The position numbers and the translations under genes are program-made. The notes beneath the pieces are model-generated. The model was not told the DNA's origin. It searched no databases and was given only the letters and a program-made list of their open reading frames with translations. A stretch of 64,000 nucleotides of DNA from Vulcanimicrobiota bacterium. GTDB taxonomy: Bacteria > Vulcanimicrobiota > Vulcanimicrobiia > Vulcanimicrobiales > Vulcanimicrobiaceae. Location of the stretch: the NCBI GenBank assembly GCA_963733295.1, contig CAVTCS010000003.1:1312001-1376000 (forward strand), written 5' to 3'. Positions 59,473 to 64,000 of the stretch are shown here, piece after piece; the stretch's first letter is position 1, and every line of letters begins with the position of its first letter.

Positions 59473-60627
59473 TTAGAAGACTCCCTTCCCGCTCACGATG
59501 TTTGCAATGTCGTGGAACGCGACCGAAACCATCAGCACCATGAGAACTGCCATACCCGTAACGTGAACGAGCGCTTCCTTTTCGGCATCGACCGGACGGC
59601 CGCGCAGCATCTCGGCCAGAATGAACAGCGCCCTTCCGCCGTCCAGCGCGGGGATCGGCAGCAGGTTGAAAATGCCAAGCGCGATCGAGATCGCCGCGGC
59701 GAGTTGTAAGTAGGGTCCCCAGCCGATGTCCTGATAGGCCGAGGCCGCGCGTTCCATGCCGATCACGCCGCTCATCTGTGGCCCGCGCTGGATCGGGTGC
59801 GCGATCAGATCGGCCAGCGCGCCGAGTTGGCCCACCGTCTGGTCGCGCATCTCGAGTCCCGCGACCGCGAACGCGTCGATCGGACCGACCCGCTTGTAGA
59901 TCGGAGTCCGTTGGAATCCGATCTGTCCGACTGCCTTGCCGCCGTCGTTTACCTTATCGGGGGTGACGGGCACCGTCGACTCGACACCCTCCCGCGAGTA
60001 GGTGAGTTGGAGCGGGACGCCGGCCGAGTTCCGGATCTTCTCCACGATCGCATCGCCACTCCCCAAGCGAACGCCGTCGATGGCAACGATCTCGTCGCCC
60101 ATGCGCAAGCCCGCGCGCATCGCGGGCGAGTTCGGCTTCACGGGACCGACCTGCGCCGTGAAACCGTTCGTCGGAACTCCGAACGCGAAGGCACCGATCG
60201 CGAAGATCGCATAGGCGAGAATCAAATTGGCGATTGGGCCGGCGACCACGATCGCAAGACGCTGCCACGTCGTCTTGCTCTGAAAATTGTCACTTTGCGC
60301 GGGGCTGCCCGTGGCACGGAAGGCCCGCTGCTGCTCGGCCTCGTTCGTGCGGCCGTCTTCACCCTGCATCGCGCAATAGCCACCGATCGGGAGCAGGTTC
60401 AAACGGTAATTGGTCCCGCTGCGCGGCGAGGTCCACTTGAGCAGCGTCGGCCCAAAGCCGACCGCGAAATCGTTGACGCGCACGCCGTTGCGCCGCGCAA
60501 TCAAGAAGTGACCGCCTTCGTGCAGCACGACGAGAATCGACAGCATCATGAGGAAGACGAGGATTTTTCCGAGCCCCTCGAGGCCGGGGATCGGGGTCGC
60601 GAGCGCGAGGGTCAGCGGTAGCATCAT
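59473..60627 (-). CDS. rseP: RIP metalloprotease RseP (M50, PDZ)
   Basis: HEGGH, AGP.AN, PDZ domain, NLLPIPALDGG. Confidence 0.95.
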   Translation of the reverse strand: MMLPLTLALATPIPGLEGLGKILVFLMMLSILVVLHEGGHFLIARRNGVRVNDFAVGFGPTLLKWTSPRSGTNYRLNLLPIGGYCAMQGEDGRTNEAEQQRAFRATGSPAQSDNFQSKTTWQRLAIVVAGPIANLILAYAIFAIGAFAFGVPTNGFTAQVGPVKPNSPAMRAGLRMGDEIVAIDGVRLGSGDAIVEKIRNSAGVPLQLTYSREGVESTVPVTPDKVNDGGKAVGQIGFQRTPIYKRVGPIDAFAVAGLEMRDQTVGQLGALADLIAHPIQRGPQMSGVIGMERAASAYQDIGWGPYLQLAAAISIALGIFNLLPIPALDGGRALFILAEMLRGRPVDAEKEALVHVTGMAVLMVLMVSVAFHDIANIVSGKGVF

Positions 60628-60649
60628 CTTCCTATTTTCGGTTCTCGGT

Positions 60650-61840
60650 TCAGTTCGCCGCAGCCGCGGAGCGCGCCTCGACCGCCACCTGCGCCCGCTC
60701 CCGCGCCCGGCGGTCGGCCGAGCGAAGCGAATCGAGCGAGAGGGGCTCGTCCGGCGTCGCCGCCATCGCTGCCCCGACGACCTCAGGAATCTCCCCGAAG
60801 CGGATCTTACCTTCTACAAACGCGGCAACGGCGATCTCGTTTGCGGCCGACAGGGCCGCCGGAACCGTCCCGCCCCGCCGCAAGGCCTCGTAGGCGAGGC
60901 CGAGACAGGGGAACCGCGCGTCGTCGGGCCGCTGGAACTCCAGGCGGGCAGGCTCGTCGCCCTGGGAACCCAGCATCGCCAGAGCGTCCTGGGCCTCTCG
61001 CCGGTCCGGTAGCCGGTCAGGATACGCCATCGCGTAGCCGATCGGCAAACGCATGTCGGGGGGTGCCAACTGAGCCTTGACGTTGCCGTCGGTGAAGATC
61101 ACAAATCCGTGCGCGACGCTGGTGCGGTGAACGAGCACGGCAATTCGTTCGCCCGGTACTCCGAAGAGCCGGCTCGCCTCGATCACTTCTAACCCCTTGT
61201 TCATCAACGAAGCGGAGTCGATCGTGTTCTTCGTGCCCATCTGCCAGGTCGGATGGCGCAACGCGTCGGCCGGCGACGCATTGCGAATCGATTCGGCATC
61301 GAGCGACCAGAAGGGTCCGCCGGAAGCGGTTAAGACCAGCGTTGCGATGCGCTCGCGCGGTTCGCCGACGAGGCACTGAAAGATCGCGCTGTGCTCGGAA
61401 TCGACCGGGATGATCTCGGCTCCGCTTCGCGCCGCAGCCGCGACCAGCAATTCGCCAGCGGCGACGATCAGTTCTTTGTTCGCGACGGCGATCCGTTTGC
61501 CGCGTTCGACCGCCGCGAAAACCGCATCGAACGCCACCGCGCCGTCAGTCGCGGCCAGCACGACGTCGGCTCCGCTTTCAGCCGCCACCATGAGCAGACC
61601 GGCCGCACCGTGAGCGACTTGCATCGCAGGGGGCAACTCGAGGCGCAGCCCTTCTACCGCGTTCACGTCGCCGCACGCAACGAAGTCGGGGGAGAAGCGT
61701 CGCGCTTGTTCGAGCAACTCGGCCGTCCGCTTTCCGGCGGCTAAGGCGACGACGCGAAAGCGGTCCGGGTGGCGCGCGATGACGTCAAGGGCCTGCGTTC
61801 CGATCGATCCCGTCGAGCCGAGAATCGCGACGTTCTTCAT
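60650..61840 (-). CDS. dxr: 1-deoxy-D-xylulose-5-phosphate reductoisomerase
   Basis: ILGSTGSIG, ANKE, PVDSEHSA, TASGGPF, HPTW.MG.K.TIDSA.LMNKGLE. Confidence 0.97.
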   Translation of the reverse strand: MKNVAILGSTGSIGTQALDVIARHPDRFRVVALAAGKRTAELLEQARRFSPDFVACGDVNAVEGLRLELPPAMQVAHGAAGLLMVAAESGADVVLAATDGAVAFDAVFAAVERGKRIAVANKELIVAAGELLVAAAARSGAEIIPVDSEHSAIFQCLVGEPRERIATLVLTASGGPFWSLDAESIRNASPADALRHPTWQMGTKNTIDSASLMNKGLEVIEASRLFGVPGERIAVLVHRTSVAHGFVIFTDGNVKAQLAPPDMRLPIGYAMAYPDRLPDRREAQDALAMLGSQGDEPARLEFQRPDDARFPCLGLAYEALRRGGTVPAALSAANEIAVAAFVEGKIRFGEIPEVVGAAMAATPDEPLSLDSLRSADRRARERAQVAVEARSAAAAN

Positions 61841-61846
61841 TGATAC

Positions 61847-61953
61847 GGGGGGTGAACCCCCCAAACCCCCGGTGCGGACTCCCGCACCCGTCCGTGCTCC
61901 AAGCGCCGTTTGCGCTGCGGGTCACCGACCCGCTGCGCGCAAAGAGTGTGGAG
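61847..61953 (-). repeat. Structured dispersed repeat, copy 2
   Basis: Reverse complement matches 49722-49827; lies between cdsA and dxr. Confidence 0.9.
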
Positions 61954-61992
61954 CTTTTGGAATTGAGTTTTCATGACGCAGGTGGACGGCAC

Positions 61993-62832
61993 TTAATGCG
62001 GGGGGATGTGGCCGGTTAACCACATTGCGAAATAGAAGGCGATGCCGCCGAAGATGTACGAGTCGTACCGGTCGAGCATGCCGCCGTGACCCCAGAGCAG
62101 CGTACCGGCGTCTTTTACAGCGGCGTCGCGCTTTAGCGCCGATTCGACGAGGTCGCCGGCTTGAGCCGCGATGCTTGTGATCGCACCGGCTAAGAGACCC
62201 TGCCACCATTCGAGTCCGAGTTGGGGAACCAGTCCGAGCGCAGCGCCGACGGCGCAGCTCGCGACGAGGCCGCCGATCGCGCCTTCCCACGTCTTGCGCG
62301 GCGAGATCGGCGAAAGCGGCGTCCGGCCGATCGAGGTTCCGACGAGCATCGCAAAGATGTCGGTCGCCGCGATCAGCAAGATGCTCGCCACGGCGAGTTC
62401 GGCGCCGACGCGCGGCAGCGTGCGAAGCACGATGAAATACGAACCGAGCCAGCCGATGTAGAGAACGCCGAACAGCGTAAAGGCGCAACGCGCGAGGTAA
62501 CCTTGACGCGAGCCGATGAGCGCGAATGCCACCGACAAGATGATCGTCGCGCCGAGCAAGGGCCGCTCGTATTGATGCTGCAAGCCGAATGCGGTCAACA
62601 GGATATAGCCGGCGACCCCGAGCGCCGCCACCGGCAGAACGATCCCCGGACCCTTGCGTGCCGAAAGTTGCGCGAACTCCCACAGCGAGGCGAGCGCCAC
62701 GAACAAGAGAACCAGCGTGAACGTTTGCAGCGTAGCCGCGGACGCGACGACCGCGACGCCGAGTAGCGTTCCGGTTATCGTACGACGGGCCAGTTCGGGG
62801 ATGCGCTGCGTGCGCGACGCGGTAGCCGTCAG
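61993..62832 (-). CDS. cdsA: Phosphatidate cytidylyltransferase (probable CTG start)
   Basis: ISP.KTWEG, GDL.ES.LKR...VKD.G..L.GHGG.LDR.DS. Confidence 0.95.
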   Translation of the reverse strand: MTATASRTQRIPELARRTITGTLLGVAVVASAATLQTFTLVLLFVALASLWEFAQLSARKGPGIVLPVAALGVAGYILLTAFGLQHQYERPLLGATIILSVAFALIGSRQGYLARCAFTLFGVLYIGWLGSYFIVLRTLPRVGAELAVASILLIAATDIFAMLVGTSIGRTPLSPISPRKTWEGAIGGLVASCAVGAALGLVPQLGLEWWQGLLAGAITSIAAQAGDLVESALKRDAAVKDAGTLLWGHGGMLDRYDSYIFGGIAFYFAMWLTGHIPPH

Positions 62833-63569
62833 CTCGCTCCCGCCGAACGCACGCGCGACTGGTATTCCGCGATCGCGCGCGTGAATTCGGGCCGCCCGAA
62901 GTCCGGCCAAAGGACGTCGCTGACGTAGAGTTCGGCGTGCGCCACTTGGAACAACAAGAAGTTCGAGAGGCGCGACTCGCCTCCGGGGCGGATCAGAAGG
63001 TCGGGATCCGGCATTCCGGCAGTGTACAGGTACGACGACACCGTCGCGTCGTCGATCGCTTCCGGTTCGAGTTTCCCGGCAGCGACGTCGCCCGCGAGCT
63101 TCTCGACGGCCCGCTCGAGTTCGGCGCGAGCGCTGTAGTTGACCGCAAGGTTCAGCTGCAACCCGTCGTTTTTTGCGGTCCTCTCCATCAAGCGCTCCAG
63201 CGCTTCGCGCGAAGCACGCGGCAGAGCGCGAAATTGTCCGATGACGACGACGCGGACGTTGTTGCGGTTGAGCTCGGCGAGCTCGTTCTGCGCGAAGTAC
63301 ACCGCCAAATCGAAGAGCAACGAGATCTCGGTCTTTTCGCGCTTCCAGTTCTCGGTCGAGAAACCGTAGACGGTCAGCGTTTCGATTCCAAAATCGCTCG
63401 CCGCGCGCGAAATCTCGCGCAGCGCGAGCATCCCGCGCCGGTGCCCCTCGATGACCGGTAGCTTGCGTGCCTTTGCCCAGCGGCGATTTCCGTCCATGAT
63501 GATCGCCACGTGACGCGGCATCGCGGCGGCATCGACCTCCGCGGGCAACGGTGCCGGCGCAGCTTTCAT
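62829..63569 (-). CDS. uppS: Undecaprenyl diphosphate synthase
   Basis: HVAIIMDGNRRWA, FSTENWKR, PDLLIRPGGE.RLSNFLL. Confidence 0.97.
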   Translation of the reverse strand: MKAAPAPLPAEVDAAAMPRHVAIIMDGNRRWAKARKLPVIEGHRRGMLALREISRAASDFGIETLTVYGFSTENWKREKTEISLLFDLAVYFAQNELAELNRNNVRVVVIGQFRALPRASREALERLMERTAKNDGLQLNLAVNYSARAELERAVEKLAGDVAAGKLEPEAIDDATVSSYLYTAGMPDPDLLIRPGGESRLSNFLLFQVAHAELYVSDVLWPDFGRPEFTRAIAEYQSRVRSAGAS

Positions 63570-63769
63570 TTGGGAGAGTTCTCCAGGCGCTCGTAGCGTT
63601 CGTAGCCTGCGACGATCTCGCTCGAAGCGCCCTGCTCCCTTACCCGTAGGACGCGCAACGTCCCGACGCCGAGGGCCGGATACGGCGGCGCGAGGACGCG
63701 AAGGACGAGCGAGCGGTCAGCTAGAGCCGCGCGCGCCGCAACCTCGGGCAAAAGGGTCAGCACGGCCAT
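63566..63769 (-). CDS. Small hypothetical protein upstream of uppS
   Basis: 67-aa ORF ATGA-coupled to uppS. Confidence 0.55.
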   Translation of the reverse strand: MAVLTLLPEVAARAALADRSLVLRVLAPPYPALGVGTLRVLRVREQGASSEIVAGYERYERLENSPK

Positions 63770-63898
63770 CCGCGCCGTTTTCCACAGTCGCGGCGCTAAT
63801 ACTTCACTCCGGCCCAGGCCATCGTACTACGGCAGCCGGGGCCACTTGGCGGCGGCCACCGAACCGCCCAGCCAAGTCGGCACTTGCGCCCCTGGCGG

Positions 63899-64000
63899 CT
63901 AGACCTCCATTATTTCTTTTTCTTTGCTGTGAGTCAGGCCCTCGATGTCCTTGATGTACTTGTCAGTGATCTTCTGGACGTGATCGGTGGCGCGTTTGTG
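63899..64000 (-). CDS. frr: Ribosome recycling factor, C-terminal fragment (truncated by the window edge)
   Basis: HKRATDHVQKITDKYIKDIEGLTHSKEKEIMEV*; frr-uppS-cdsA-dxr synteny. Confidence 0.93.
   Translation of the reverse strand, partial: HKRATDHVQKITDKYIKDIEGLTHSKEKEIMEV

Noticed and set aside
49722..61953. Composite transposon or invertible segment bounded by the inverted repeat copies
   Set aside because: The enclosed genes are core housekeeping genes (proS, ispG, dxr), cdsA-dxr synteny is intact across copy 2, and there is no transposase or recombinase.

Overview
A high-GC bacterial chromosome segment made mostly of densely packed housekeeping operons on the minus strand: tRNA-Ser/tRNA-Arg; a CHASE3-PP2C/STAS/anti-sigma partner-switching module; rpsU-yqeY-nfeD-floA-phoH-ybeY-dgkA-cdd-recO-ruvX-mltG; rpmE-prfA-prmC-pyrG; a NAD operon; and frr-uppS-cdsA-dxr-rseP-ispG ... 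proS. The Firmicutes-like gene order combined with high GC suggests a Terrabacteria lineage, possibly Candidatus Eremiobacterota (inference only). Five features stand out. (1) A translationally coupled operon metY - CoA-binding protein - LuxE-like - LuxC-like - class III aminotransferase - Gfo/Idh/MocA oxidoreductase, with no luciferase, which looks like an acid-to-aldehyde-to-amine pathway. (2) A duplicated prfA 3' end flanking a single lipoprotein gene, resembling an integrase-less integration scar. (3) Two copies of a ~105 bp multi-hairpin dispersed repeat. (4) Repeated apparent use of CTG start codons, mostly in CTGA stop/start overlaps, which also reveals a 54-aa ORF absent from the ORF track. 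(5) A possible RBS-sequestering RNA switch upstream of a GT-C glycosylation operon. All product calls come from motif and family recognition by eye, not from database searches.
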